From Bacillota bacterium (GTDB taxonomy: Bacteria; Bacillota; Sulfobacillia; JAUYEG01), in the NCBI GenBank assembly GCA_040766985.1, contig JAXGPL010000008.1, forward strand, positions 49,978 through 113,977: a DNA stretch of 64,000 bases. Direction: 5' to 3'. The translations under genes and the position numbers were made by a program. This document shows, one piece after another, positions 1 to 9,227 of the stretch (the stretch's first letter is position 1; each line of letters starts with the position of its first letter). Below the pieces are notes generated by a model. It did no database searches. It was not told where the DNA came from and saw only the letters and a program-made list of their open reading frames with translations.

Positions 1-625
1 AGCGCGCCGCGACGTCATCCCCCTGAGCGATGTCCAGAACGGCCGGTTTGCCGCGCCGCCACTTACCTATCCGCTGTTCGTCAAACCGGTCCGCGGCCGG
101 GGAGCCTCCGGCATCTCCGACGACTCGATCGTCGAGTCGCCCGAAGCCCTGCACGCCAGGCGGCGCTATCGAGCGCCTCGATCAGGGTGCGCTGGTCGGC
201 ATATCTTCAAGGGGCGCGAGGTCACGGTGGGCCTCCTTGGCGACCCGCCCGCACCGCTCACGCCGCTCGAGATCGAGTACAACCAGGCCCGGACCAACAC
301 CTACGAGCACAAGATGGACAACGAGATCATGCATTGCCCGGCGCGGCTCAGTCCGGAAGCGCTGCAGCGGGTCAAGGACGTCGCGGTGACGGCCTTCTAC
401 GCTGTAGGAGCCCGGGACTTCGGGCGGGTGGACACGATCGTGGACGAGTCCGGCAACCCCACGGTGCTCGAGCTGAACACTTTCGCCGGATTGCAGATCC
501 TGACCGGCGAGGAACAGCACCTTCATGCCAGCTACATCGGCACGATGGCCAAGAACATGGGCTTCGACCGGGCCCGCGTCATGGGTGCCATCGTCAACGC
601 GGCGCGCAGGCGCTACGGCATCTGA
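1..625 (+). pseudogene. ddl: D-alanine--D-alanine ligase, 3' portion (5' end lies outside the window); the frame switches twice near 150-215
   Basis: ATP-grasp C-terminal motifs are present: YPLFVKP, FKGREVTVGLLGD, FGRVDTIVDESGNPTVLELNTFAGL. The expected segment AIERLDQGALV sits in a different frame. Stop TGA at 623-625. Confidence 0.75.
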
Positions 626-1057
626 AGCGAAGGCAGACGCGCGAGGGTACCGCCCGCGGCTAATGCCGGCGGGCGTGCCGCGGTAAGCGGGTTTACGACC
701 TTTGGGCGACCGGGTTCCGTCGCAGCGCCAAGACTCATCGCTGCTGCTACGGCCTCCCGGTCGTCCGTCCGCGGTGTCGCCGCCGTGGCTGCCCGTCGCC
801 GGGACTGCTACCGGCACTACCCTAGCCCCCGCAGGTGATCGCATGCCGCCCGAAGTCTCCCGCCGATATCGGTGAGCCCTCTGCTGCCTGCCGTGAGGGC
901 GACCAGCTGGCCTTGTTCGAGGCCGCCGAGGGCGGGCAGAGCCTCCATTGCGGAGCGAACGGCATAGGATTGAGGTGCGGGGTTTCGTGGTTACGAAAGA
1001 TTACGCCGCCGCGCGCTTATGTAAACGGCGTGCTAGTATCAGCTGGGAGGTGCGCCT

Positions 1058-2104
1058 GTGATCGCACGTTTGCGCCAGCGCAGTTCAGCAGTACTAGTGG
1101 CCGTTTGTTTGGGCGTGTGCTTCCTCGCCGGCGGAGTATGTATCCTACTCACCGCATGCGATGCACCCGCATGGCTTGCCGATGCCTGGCCCTGGGGACC
1201 TAAGCCGATCGATCCCGGCCCTGGCGGCAGCGGAGGCGCCGGTGGGAACGGAGGCACGGGGGGCACGGGCGGTGGTGGAAGCGCGGACCCAGGCGATTAC
1301 GTGATTCTCGCGGACCAGGTCATCCGCGTGCCCAGAGTCGGTAGTTCCGAGCCAACCACGCGGATACCCAACCCCCCGCAGATCGTCACCCGCATCCCGG
1401 CCGGCGCCGGTAAGGTCGCGCTGACCTTCGACGCCGGATGGATCTTTGACCCGACAATGCCGCTCCTCGAGATCCTGCGCGCAAACGACCTCAAGGTCAC
1501 GTTCTTCCCGCGCGCCAAATGGATCGAGGACCACCCCGACCTCGCCCAGGCCATCCTGGCCGACGGGCACGAGATCGGCAGCCATTCGTATACGCACCCG
1601 GACATGACCACAATCGAGGCCGCGGCCGTCGAGGCCGAGATCAGCAAGGCCAAGCAGGCGTTGATCGGGGTCGCCGGCAGCGGCTCGTTCGTGCCGCTAT
1701 ACCGTCCACCCTACGGCGCGCACGGCGAGACCGTGTCCCAGTTGCTGGCACAGTACGGCTACGGCTGGGTTGTGATGTGGCAGGTCGACAGCCTCGATTG
1801 GCAGCCCGAACAATCGGCGGACGCGATCGTCAACCGCGTTCTTGGCAAGATCGAGGACGGCGGTATCGTCCTGATGCACATTGGCCGCGTCGAAACCCTT
1901 GAGGCCCTGCCACGCATCCTTGCCGGCCTGGCCGAGCGCAACCTCAGCGTCGTCAAGGTGAGCGAACTGCTGGCCATCGATACCGGCGATGCTGAAACCG
2001 AATCCTACACGGTAAAGGCCGGCGATACTCTCTACGGCATCGCGCGCAAGTTCGAGACGACCGTCGAAAGACTACTCCAACTCAACCCCGAGATCAAGAA
2101 ATAA
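1058..2104 (+). CDS. Polysaccharide deacetylase (NodB homology domain) lipoprotein with a C-terminal LysM domain
   Basis: GTG start 5 nt after GGGAGGTG. Signal peptide with lipobox LLTAC. NodB-type motifs FDAGW, GHEIGSHSYTHPDM, LYRPPYG. C-terminal LysM (YTVKAGDTLYGIARKF...LNPEI). Confidence 0.85.
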   Translation: MIARLRQRSSAVLVAVCLGVCFLAGGVCILLTACDAPAWLADAWPWGPKPIDPGPGGSGGAGGNGGTGGTGGGGSADPGDYVILADQVIRVPRVGSSEPTTRIPNPPQIVTRIPAGAGKVALTFDAGWIFDPTMPLLEILRANDLKVTFFPRAKWIEDHPDLAQAILADGHEIGSHSYTHPDMTTIEAAAVEAEISKAKQALIGVAGSGSFVPLYRPPYGAHGETVSQLLAQYGYGWVVMWQVDSLDWQPEQSADAIVNRVLGKIEDGGIVLMHIGRVETLEALPRILAGLAERNLSVVKVSELLAIDTGDAETESYTVKAGDTLYGIARKFETTVERLLQLNPEIKK

Positions 2105-2113
2105 GGACCACTA

Positions 2114-2141
2114 AGGGCCCTGCCGTCAACGGCAGGGCCCT
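2114..2141. terminator. Bidirectional hairpin between convergent genes
   Basis: Perfect 12-bp stem AGGGCCCTGCCG / CGGCAGGGCCCT with loop TCAA, lying between the deacetylase stop and the ferredoxin stop. Confidence 0.6.
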
Positions 2142-2195
2142 CCGGTGTTGTCCTAAGCGATCAACGCGCCGGGCGGCGGCGCAGAGCGCTCCCGG

Positions 2196-2369
2196 CTAAG
2201 GCAGCGCAATGGCCTTATCGGGACACTCGTCGACGCACGTACCGCAATCGGCGCAATCCGCCTCGCTGACGACGCAGATGCTGTCGATGATCTTGAGCGC
2301 CTCAACCGGGCAAATGCTGACGCAGGTACCGCAGCCGCTGCATTTGGTCTTGTCCACTATGACCGCCAT
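2196..2369 (-). CDS. 2x[4Fe-4S] ferredoxin (57 aa)
   Basis: Two CxxCxxCxxxCP clusters (CSGCGTCVSICP, CADCGTCVDECP). Internal ATG at 2369 is preceded by GAAGGGGAAGGGGG. The 108-aa ORF in the track is over-extended. Confidence 0.85.
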   Translation of the reverse strand: MAVIVDKTKCSGCGTCVSICPVEALKIIDSICVVSEADCADCGTCVDECPDKAIALP

Positions 2370-2561
2370 GTGGTAGCCCCCTTCCCCTTCATCCTGTCGT
2401 TGTGCGAAGATTGCTGTTGCGAACCCTACCGTATCGGTTATCGAAACCAAAAGCCCGGACCGCCCAGCCCGAACATGGAGAATATAGCACACCGGCCGGA
2501 CCCATTCCTGCTTGACGGCCAAACGGGCTGGCGTAAGCCGCTGGGCAGTCGATGACCGGCC

Positions 2562-3248
2562 CTATCGCAGGTGGTGGGTGGCGTTAAGCAGCGTGAGTAC
2601 GAACCCGCGGCTGTCCCGGAGCAGAACGGTCACCGACGCGTTGTCGATCTGAACTCGCCAAAACAGCTCCGGCCCGAGGCTCAATGCTGCCGCTACCAAG
2701 AGCTTGGCCGGCACGCGGTGCGTAAACAGAAGGTAGTCCCCGCCGGCAGTGCTGCCGGCGTCGCCAGTGCCGTCGGCGGCGGGGGAACGGCGGGCATCGC
2801 TTGAGATACGCGCGAGAAGTCTTGCGCAGCGATCGTGAACCGAGCGAAGGCTCTCGCCGCCGGGATAGGCGAACGAGGCCGGGTCGTCCACCCAGCTTCC
2901 GTATACCGCCGGCTCGCGGCGCATGACCTCTGCCACGGAGAGGCCTTGCCATTTGCCGACGTCAACGTCGAGCAGCCCGGGCTCCACCTCGATAGCCATG
3001 CCGAGCGCCTCTGCCAGCGGCGCGGCCGTGGCAGAAGCGCGGGTCAGGCGGCTGGTGTAGATGGCCCGGGTGCTATCCGGACGGACGCCGAGCCCCTCGA
3101 CCAGGAAGCGGGCAGTTAGGCGGGCCTGGACAAGACCGGTTTGATCAAGAGGCACGTCGAGCAGACCGCGGTACAGGCCCTCGCGGTTATGGCCGGTGCG
3201 CCCGTGGCGAACAATGATAACCCGGAGGGGCGAGCCAGGGGCTGACAC
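2562..3248 (-). CDS. Histidine phosphatase family protein (phosphoglycerate-mutase-like)
   Basis: RVIIVRHGRTGHN (RHG catalytic motif) near the N-terminus, with family-typical downstream blocks. GTG 3248 follows GAGGAA. The upstream half of the 436-aa ORF is antisense to the M42 gene and was discarded. Confidence 0.7.
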   Translation of the reverse strand: MSAPGSPLRVIIVRHGRTGHNREGLYRGLLDVPLDQTGLVQARLTARFLVEGLGVRPDSTRAIYTSRLTRASATAAPLAEALGMAIEVEPGLLDVDVGKWQGLSVAEVMRREPAVYGSWVDDPASFAYPGGESLRSVHDRCARLLARISSDARRSPAADGTGDAGSTAGGDYLLFTHRVPAKLLVAAALSLGPELFWRVQIDNASVTVLLRDSRGFVLTLLNATHHLR

Positions 3249-3425
3249 GCGAAGGTCACGTTCCTCGGAAGTCGAAATCAGACACACCCCCTTTGGGTAC
3301 CCACTCTGAGAGCATACCCCGGGAGGGCGCATCGACGAAAGGAGCGATCGACCCTGAGCGAGCAAACCGACACAAACAGAGGGCAATGGACTGACGAACA
3401 AGTCAAACTGCGCCTCAAAGAGCTG

Positions 3426-4486
3426 TTGATTCAGCTGACGGCACTGCCCGGCGTCTCGGGCTTTGAGACCCCGGTGGCCCGCTTCATGGCCAAGGGCTTG
3501 CGCGAGACGGCCGACGAAGTCACGGCGGACCCGATGGGCAATGTGTTCGCCTATAGGCGCGGCACGCGCCCCGGACCGACCGTGATGGTTGCCGCCCACT
3601 CCGATGAGATCGGCCTGATTGTCAAGAACATCGAACCGAACGGGTACATCCGGTTCGACAAGATCGGCGGGATGATCGACCCCCTCTTGATCGGACGGCA
3701 TGTCACCGTCCGCGGCCACCTCGGCGTCATCAGCGTCAAGGCCGGCCACCTCCAGACTGCGGCGGAGCGCACCCAGGTCAAGCCGCATACAGAGTTGTTC
3801 ATTGACGTCGGGGAGGACGGCGAGGAGGCCGTTAAACGGCTCGGCATTCGGATTGGCGACCCTATCGAGCAAAAGAGCGACCTGCAGTTCTTTGCGTGCG
3901 GCGACCGTTTTTCGGGCAAGGCCGTCGACGACCGTCTCGGGTGCGCTGTTTTGCTGGCGTTGTTCGAAGCGCTATCCGCTTTGGATATTGCCGGGACCCT
4001 GGTTGGAGTGGTGACGGTGCAGGAAGAGGTCGGCCTGCGCGGCGCCGGGGTATCGGCGTACCGGGTCAATCCGACCTTGCCATCGCCCTTGACACCATGC
4101 CTTCGGGCGATACGCCGGACGTCAACTTCAGCAAGGAACTGCCGGTGGGCATCGGGCGCGGGCCGGCCTTTCAGGTGATGAGCGGGGGCTCGGGAGGGCG
4201 CGGCATTATCGTCAACCCGAGGGTGCGCAGGCTGCTTGAGGATACGGCGGCGGCGGCCGGCGCCCCATACCAGGTGACGACGTTCGTCGGCGGCAACACG
4301 GACGCGACCGCCATGCACCTTGTGCGCTCAGGCATCCCGTCGGGAGTTATCGCGTTGCCGCGCCGCTACTCACATTCCCCGGTGGAGATGGGCGATATCC
4401 GCGACGCCGTGGGGGCGTTCCGAATCCTGCGGCAGCTTGCCGCCGATATGGATAAGGTGCCGGCGTATCTCAATCCGGAGATCTAG
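3426..4486 (+). pseudogene. M42 family glutamyl aminopeptidase / FrvX-like, with a single-base frame break near 4071-4075
   Basis: ALPGVSGFE, MVAAHSDEIGLIV, GKAVDDRLGC and TVQEEVGLRGAG are in frame 0. The continuation DLAIALDT...GGNTDATAMH...PRRYSHSPVE is in frame 2. The true start may be CTG 3354, 9 nt after AAAGGAG. Confidence 0.8.
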
Positions 4487-4958
4487 CTCTCACGCCTCGG
4501 GCCTGCGCTGCGGCTAATGGCAGCGGCAGCCCAGCCCGCCACCTGCGGGCTCAGGCCGAGGGTGGCAAGTGAAGGCTCCTCAAACCAACGCAGGTGCGGC
4601 AGGTCCTGGCTGAGCCGCGGCCGGAAGCCGGCGGCGGGGCGCGCGAAGTATACCAGGCAGATATGCTCGTGTGTAGCTGTGATGCGCTCCAACATCAATC
4701 CTTCCGGCCGCGGCAGGTACGCCGGCGACCAATCGGGCGGAGTCGGTGCTCAGCAGCTCGACCGGAAGGCCGGTCTCGCGCGAGCACCACCCTCAGAGCT
4801 GCCTGGCCAGGCAACTCCTCCGGCCGGATATGTCCCGAGGGCGGCGACAGCACGCCGGATAGTTCGTCATATAGGAAAGCCACCCGGCCCTGATGGACGG
4901 GAAACACTGTGACCACGAAGTCCCTCGTCGGACGATCCTCTTGGGTCATGACCTGCAC
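4483..4958 (-). pseudogene. NUDIX-hydrolase-like gene, degenerate, spread over three frames
   Basis: The pieces are VVTVFPVHQGRVAFL...SGHIRPEELPGQAALR, then RETGLPVEL in another frame, then ERITATHEHICLVYFAR...LRWF in a third. The NUDIX box is imperfect. Confidence 0.35.
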
Positions 4959-4988
4959 GGCGCGACCCTCCCTAGAGTTGTCCAACTT

Positions 4989-6122
4989 CTACCTGCTGGC
5001 GTTATCCTCCTGCGATGTATCTTCTAGGTAGATCGACCGGATTTGCCCCGCCGCTTTGGCCCAGGAAAAGCGCCGGGCCCTGCGCAGCCCGGCGGCCGCC
5101 AGCCTTCGCCGCAGGCCCTCGTCGCCGGCGAGCATCTTGATCGCGCCGGCGAGCCCCGTTACGTCCCCCGGTCCGACGCGGATCGCCGCGCTACCGGTTA
5201 CCTCCGGGATAGACGAGGTTTCGGTGGTGATGACTGCGGTCCCGCAGGCCATCGCCTCGAGCGGGGGGAGACCGAATCCCTCGTAGAGCGAGGGGTAGAC
5301 GGCGAAGTCGGCCGCGCTGTAGAGCGCGGGCAGGTCGGCTTGCTCGATGTGGCCGGCGAGCCGAAGGTACGGCACAATCCCGATAGCCTGCCCCATGGCC
5401 TGGATTGCCGGGAGATGGCGCACGGATTCGCCGGCAATGACCAGTTGCTGGCCGGAGTCAAGACCCCTGCAGACCTTGCTGTAGGCGTAGAGCAGGTCGA
5501 AAAGGCCCTTCCGGGGGTTCAGTCCCCCGACGTAGACAAGGAAAGGCGGCTCGACGCCGTACCTGGCCTGCAGGATCCCGTAGGCCGTCGCCGGGCTCAC
5601 AGGCCGGAAGAAGTCCTGGTGCGCAGGATGGACAACCCGGATCCGCTCGGGCGGGACCGACAGGACCGAGGTTAGATCCCGGGCTGTATGCCTGGATACG
5701 GCGATGACCCGCCACGCCGCTTCGAGGGCGGCCGTTACCTCGCGCTGGAAACGGCGGCGGAAGCTGGCGTTGACGGTTTCCGGCATTACGAAAGGGATCA
5801 GGTCGTGAACGGTGACTACCAGCCGCGTCGCACCGAGGTCATCCGGCACCCGCATCCCGTTCTGCGGGACGTGATAGATGTCGATGGCCTCATCGCGCAG
5901 CCAGCGTTCGATAAGCGGGAGGTCCGCCTGGTGTTGCCGGGGCATGGGGAAAGCCCGCCAACGCTCCGGAAGCGGCGGCGGCTCCTCGTTGTCCGCCCAC
6001 AGGATGCGGTACTGCTCGTCGCCCGGCAGCGCCTGGAGATTGGCGATCAACTGCTGAGTGTAATTGCCGACGCCGGTGCCGCGGTACCAAACCACGGGGC
6101 GGGCGTCGATGCCGATGATCAG
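4989..6122 (-). CDS. GT4 family glycosyltransferase (CotSA-like)
   Basis: Carries the EGFGLPPLEAMACGTAVITTETSSIPEV signature. The conserved N-terminal strand LIIGIDARPVVWYRGTGVGNY lies upstream of the first canonical start (GTG 6095). That implies CTG 6122, which sits 9 nt after GGGGGAGGG. Confidence 0.85.
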   Translation of the reverse strand: MIIGIDARPVVWYRGTGVGNYTQQLIANLQALPGDEQYRILWADNEEPPPLPERWRAFPMPRQHQADLPLIERWLRDEAIDIYHVPQNGMRVPDDLGATRLVVTVHDLIPFVMPETVNASFRRRFQREVTAALEAAWRVIAVSRHTARDLTSVLSVPPERIRVVHPAHQDFFRPVSPATAYGILQARYGVEPPFLVYVGGLNPRKGLFDLLYAYSKVCRGLDSGQQLVIAGESVRHLPAIQAMGQAIGIVPYLRLAGHIEQADLPALYSAADFAVYPSLYEGFGLPPLEAMACGTAVITTETSSIPEVTGSAAIRVGPGDVTGLAGAIKMLAGDEGLRRRLAAAGLRRARRFSWAKAAGQIRSIYLEDTSQEDNASR

Positions 6123-6124
6123 CC

Positions 6125-7438
6125 CTAACCACCCTCCCCCGCTACGGCCGGCCCGACGCAGCCCATGGCCTCAAGCGCCATGTCGACGGCGTCGCGGACT
6201 GTGCCGGCCACAAAGTAACGTCCCTCCACCTCGGGTGGAAGAGAGGCCGCAGGCGTGCCGCCCACACGGCCGTCGCCCCGGCCGTCCGGGAAGGCCTGCC
6301 GTACGCGGGCATGTTCTTCCTCCTGTTGCGCCCCCAGCCCGGTCCGCACCAGAACGCCTGTGCCACCCGACGCCAGCCCTGCCTGGACGTCGCCCCACGT
6401 ATCACCGACCGTCCACGACCCGCCGAGGTCAAGGCGTAGTTCTGCGGCGGCCTGGAACAGCATGCCGGGCAGCGGCTTGCGGCAGCCGCAGTTTCCGGGG
6501 ACGTGGGGACAGAAGTAGACGGCGTCGAGGCGCGCGCCGGCCGCGGCCAGCAACTGCTCCAGGCGGTCGTTGACCAGCATCAGGGCCACTTCGCTCAGTT
6601 GGCCGCGCCCGATGGCCGCCTGGTTGGTGACCAGGACTGCGGGCACGCGGCAAGCGTTTAGGCGGCCGACGGCTTCCGCGGCTCCGGGCAGCAATTCCAC
6701 CTGAGCCGGGTCTTTGACCAGGTCGCGCTTCGCGATCAACGTCCCGTCCCGGTCAAGAAAGACCGCCGGCCGGCGTGGAGTGAGCCTTTCTCTGGCGGGC
6801 GTTGGCGAATGGCGGGTCCGGCACTCCACCGGCCGCATCCGCAACGCAGCCCGTTCGATCCCCGCCGCTATGGCGTGCAGCAGAGCGATGTGGACCTCTT
6901 GCACGTGCGGGGTCGTCAAGCCGTCGCCCGGGCCGGGCGGCCGGGGCACGCAAACCTCCACGTCCACACATGCCGCCGCCCCGGACTCAACACCGTCCGC
7001 GCCGGTGAAGGCGACCGTGAGCAGCCCGTTCCGCTTGGCGGTCCGAAACGCGGCAAGCACGTTTGGCGAGCTACCGCTGGTGGAGATGCCGATCAGGCAG
7101 TCCCCGGGCCGCCCGAACGCATCCACCTGCCTTGCAAACACCGACTCGAAACCGTAGTCGTTGGCCAGGGCGGTCACGGCCGAAGGCTGGCAGGCGAGGG
7201 CCATGGCCGGCATCGCGTCCCGTTCGTAAGCGAACCGCCCGACCAGTTCCGCGGCGAAGTGCTGCCCGTCGGCGGCGCTTCCGCCGTTGCCGCATACGAG
7301 GAGGCGCCCGCCCGCTTCAATCACCAGGTACAGCAGTCCTGCCAGTGACTCGGCCCGGCCGGCCAGGGTCGTGGCCGAGTGCGCTGCCCAGGCCTGCCAG
7401 CTAGCCAGGTAACCCTGGCAATTGAGGTTGGCGTTCAT
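6125..7438 (-). CDS. Fusion protein: phosphoheptose isomerase (SIS domain, GmhA) plus D,D-heptose 1,7-bisphosphate phosphatase (HAD, GmhB)
   Basis: N-terminal half: LVCGNGGSAADGQHFAAELVGRF, GISTSGSSPNV. C-terminal half: AVFLDRDGTLI, YFCPHVPGNCGCRKPLPGM, GDTWGDVQAG. ATGA overlap with hddA. Confidence 0.85.
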   Translation of the reverse strand: MNANLNCQGYLASWQAWAAHSATTLAGRAESLAGLLYLVIEAGGRLLVCGNGGSAADGQHFAAELVGRFAYERDAMPAMALACQPSAVTALANDYGFESVFARQVDAFGRPGDCLIGISTSGSSPNVLAAFRTAKRNGLLTVAFTGADGVESGAAACVDVEVCVPRPPGPGDGLTTPHVQEVHIALLHAIAAGIERAALRMRPVECRTRHSPTPARERLTPRRPAVFLDRDGTLIAKRDLVKDPAQVELLPGAAEAVGRLNACRVPAVLVTNQAAIGRGQLSEVALMLVNDRLEQLLAAAGARLDAVYFCPHVPGNCGCRKPLPGMLFQAAAELRLDLGGSWTVGDTWGDVQAGLASGGTGVLVRTGLGAQQEEEHARVRQAFPDGRGDGRVGGTPAASLPPEVEGRYFVAGTVRDAVDMALEAMGCVGPAVAGEGG

Positions 7439-8457
7439 CTGCCTTCCACCCGCCAGGTCTCAAGGCCCCGCTCACTGAAGCAAAACCGCGTCGCCCGCCC
7501 GCCCAGCACGGACAGCGCTGCAGTCACCGCCGGGGCGCTGTGTTGCGGGCAATAGAGCAACAGATACCCGCCGCCGCCCGCCCCCAGGAGTTTGCCGCCG
7601 ACCGCGCCGGACCTGATCGCGGCGGCATACAGCAGGTCGATGTGCGGGTCGGTGATCCCGGGGGCAAGCCGTTTCTTCTGTTCCCAGCCTTCGCTCATCA
7701 GGCGCGCGAAGTCGTCAAGGCGCGCTCCGGCCAGGGCGCCCCTCATTTCCACAGCCAGATCGCGCAGCCTGTCGAGGGCTGCAGTCACGCGCGGCGCGCC
7801 GCTCCGGTACGCCTCCTGCTGCGTCCCGATGATGTTGCGGTTGACCCGCGTCTTTCCAGTGAAACCGAGAAGCAGGTTGTGGTGCAACTCCAGCAGGAGC
7901 GCTCGCGGAAGCATCAACGGCTCGACGGCAACCTCGGGGCCGAAGCGGATGAAGTTGAGCCCACCGAATACGGCCGCGTATTGGTCCTGCCGTCCGCCCT
8001 TGATCCCGCAATCAACCCGCTCCACGCGGTATGCCAGTTCAGCGAGATCGTGGCCGCCAAGGGGCCTGTCGGCCAGGGCGCAAAGGGCGCCCAGCGCGGC
8101 GACGACCACCGAACTGCTCGAACCGAGGCCGGAACCCGGAGATGCGTCGCTATGGACGGTAAGGGTAACGCCGCCCGCGGGAACGCCAGTCGCCCGCACA
8201 GCGCCGGCGAGCAGGGCTAACGAAGAGGGAGCCTCCCTGGGCGGCGGCACGGCATCCTCCGCGAATTCAGCCGCGGCGTGGAGGTCGAGCGATTTCAGGC
8301 GGACGACCCCGTCTGTCCGTGGCTCGGCAGAGGCGTACGCGTACATGTCGATCGTGGTTGAGAGCACGGCTCCGCCACGGGTTTCCGGATACGGCGATAC
8401 GTCGGTACCCCCGCCGGCGAAACTGATGCGCAACGGAGCCTGGCTGCGGTAGATCAC
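7435..8457 (-). CDS. hddA: D-glycero-D-manno-heptose 7-phosphate kinase (GHMP kinase)
   Basis: VIYRSQAPLRISFAGGGTDVSPY at the N-terminus and the GHMP motif PGSGLGSSSSVVVA. GTG 8457 lies 5 nt after GGGAG and overlaps the hddC stop (GTGA). The ORF-track start at 8688 is over-extended. Confidence 0.8.
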   Translation of the reverse strand: MIYRSQAPLRISFAGGGTDVSPYPETRGGAVLSTTIDMYAYASAEPRTDGVVRLKSLDLHAAAEFAEDAVPPPREAPSSLALLAGAVRATGVPAGGVTLTVHSDASPGSGLGSSSSVVVAALGALCALADRPLGGHDLAELAYRVERVDCGIKGGRQDQYAAVFGGLNFIRFGPEVAVEPLMLPRALLLELHHNLLLGFTGKTRVNRNIIGTQQEAYRSGAPRVTAALDRLRDLAVEMRGALAGARLDDFARLMSEGWEQKKRLAPGITDPHIDLLYAAAIRSGAVGGKLLGAGGGGYLLLYCPQHSAPAVTAALSVLGGRATRFCFSERGLETWRVEGR

Positions 8458-9227
8458 TTTCGCTCCCACTCCCCTTTGAGCTGGCGGTACCGGTCCGGGG
8501 TCCCGATGTCCGTAAACCGCCCCGTAGATGGATAGACGTACACCGAGCCCAGCAGCGGAACCAGGAGCCCGGCCTCGAGCGAGTATGGACCGGTGCGCGT
8601 ACCGCCGCCGGGCGCCTCCCCCGGCGCGACGAGGGCTGCGGCTTCGAACATGCGCCGTTCGCACATGAACCACCCGCAGCAGACCCAAGCCTCAGCTATG
8701 CCGGCGGCCCCGGCCGGGTGCGGGAGAGCCCCGCGGGCAAAGGCCGTGACCTTGCCGCCCCGTCCCGTGAGGACATAGCCGGCGTCATGGCGGGGCCTGC
8801 CCCGGGACTTGCGCCCGACAACGGTGACCAACCCGCCCCTGGCCCGGTGATAGCGAGTCAGCTCGGCAAAATTGAGGTCGACCAGCGTATCGCCATTGAG
8901 CAGCAGGAAGGTGTGGTCGAGAAAGCGTTGGGCGAGGCGGACGGCTCCCCCGGTCCCGAGCGGCGCGTCTTCGAGTGAGTACCGGATATCGAGCCCGAAA
9001 TCACTTCCGTCCCGGAAGTAGGCTGCGATCTCCTCGGCCCGGTACCCCACGCACAGCACCACCCGGCGGATGCCATGAAGGCGCAGCCGATCCAGCACGT
9101 GCGCAAGGAACGGCCGTCCCGCGACCGGCGCGAGGACCTTGGGCAAATCGGGCACCGCGGGCCGCAGCCTAAGGCCGAGGCCGCCGGCGAGGACCGCCGC
9201 CTGCGTGACGTCACTCGATGTCGTCAT
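8454..9227 (-). CDS. hddC: D-glycero-D-manno-heptose 1-phosphate guanylyltransferase (sugar nucleotidyltransferase)
   Basis: AAVLAGGLGLRLRP...PKVLAPVAGRPFLAHVLDRL...VVLCVGY nucleotidyltransferase N-terminus. Pathway context with GmhA/GmhB/HddA. Confidence 0.75.
   Translation of the reverse strand: MTTSSDVTQAAVLAGGLGLRLRPAVPDLPKVLAPVAGRPFLAHVLDRLRLHGIRRVVLCVGYRAEEIAAYFRDGSDFGLDIRYSLEDAPLGTGGAVRLAQRFLDHTFLLLNGDTLVDLNFAELTRYHRARGGLVTVVGRKSRGRPRHDAGYVLTGRGGKVTAFARGALPHPAGAAGIAEAWVCCGWFMCERRMFEAAALVAPGEAPGGGTRTGPYSLEAGLLVPLLGSVYVYPSTGRFTDIGTPDRYRQLKGEWERK

Noticed and set aside
1034-1039. TAGTAT upstream of the deacetylase as its -10 element
   Set aside because: It lies only 4 nt before the RBS (GGGAGGTG at 1044-1051). 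A transcript starting 6-8 nt downstream would lack part of the Shine-Dalgarno site, so it is not reported as a feature.
626-1057. A ydaO (c-di-AMP) riboswitch or another known structured RNA upstream of the LysM deacetylase
   Set aside because: The conserved cores I remember (for example CCGAAUCCGACAGCUAACCUCGUAAGCG for ydaO, GAGGAAAGUCCGGGC for RNase P) are absent on both strands.
3249-3872. N-terminal half of the 436-aa minus-strand ORF (2562-3872)
   Set aside because: It overlaps the M42 peptidase gene on the other strand and has no motif content. Histidine-phosphatase homology starts at the RHG motif just after GTG 3248.
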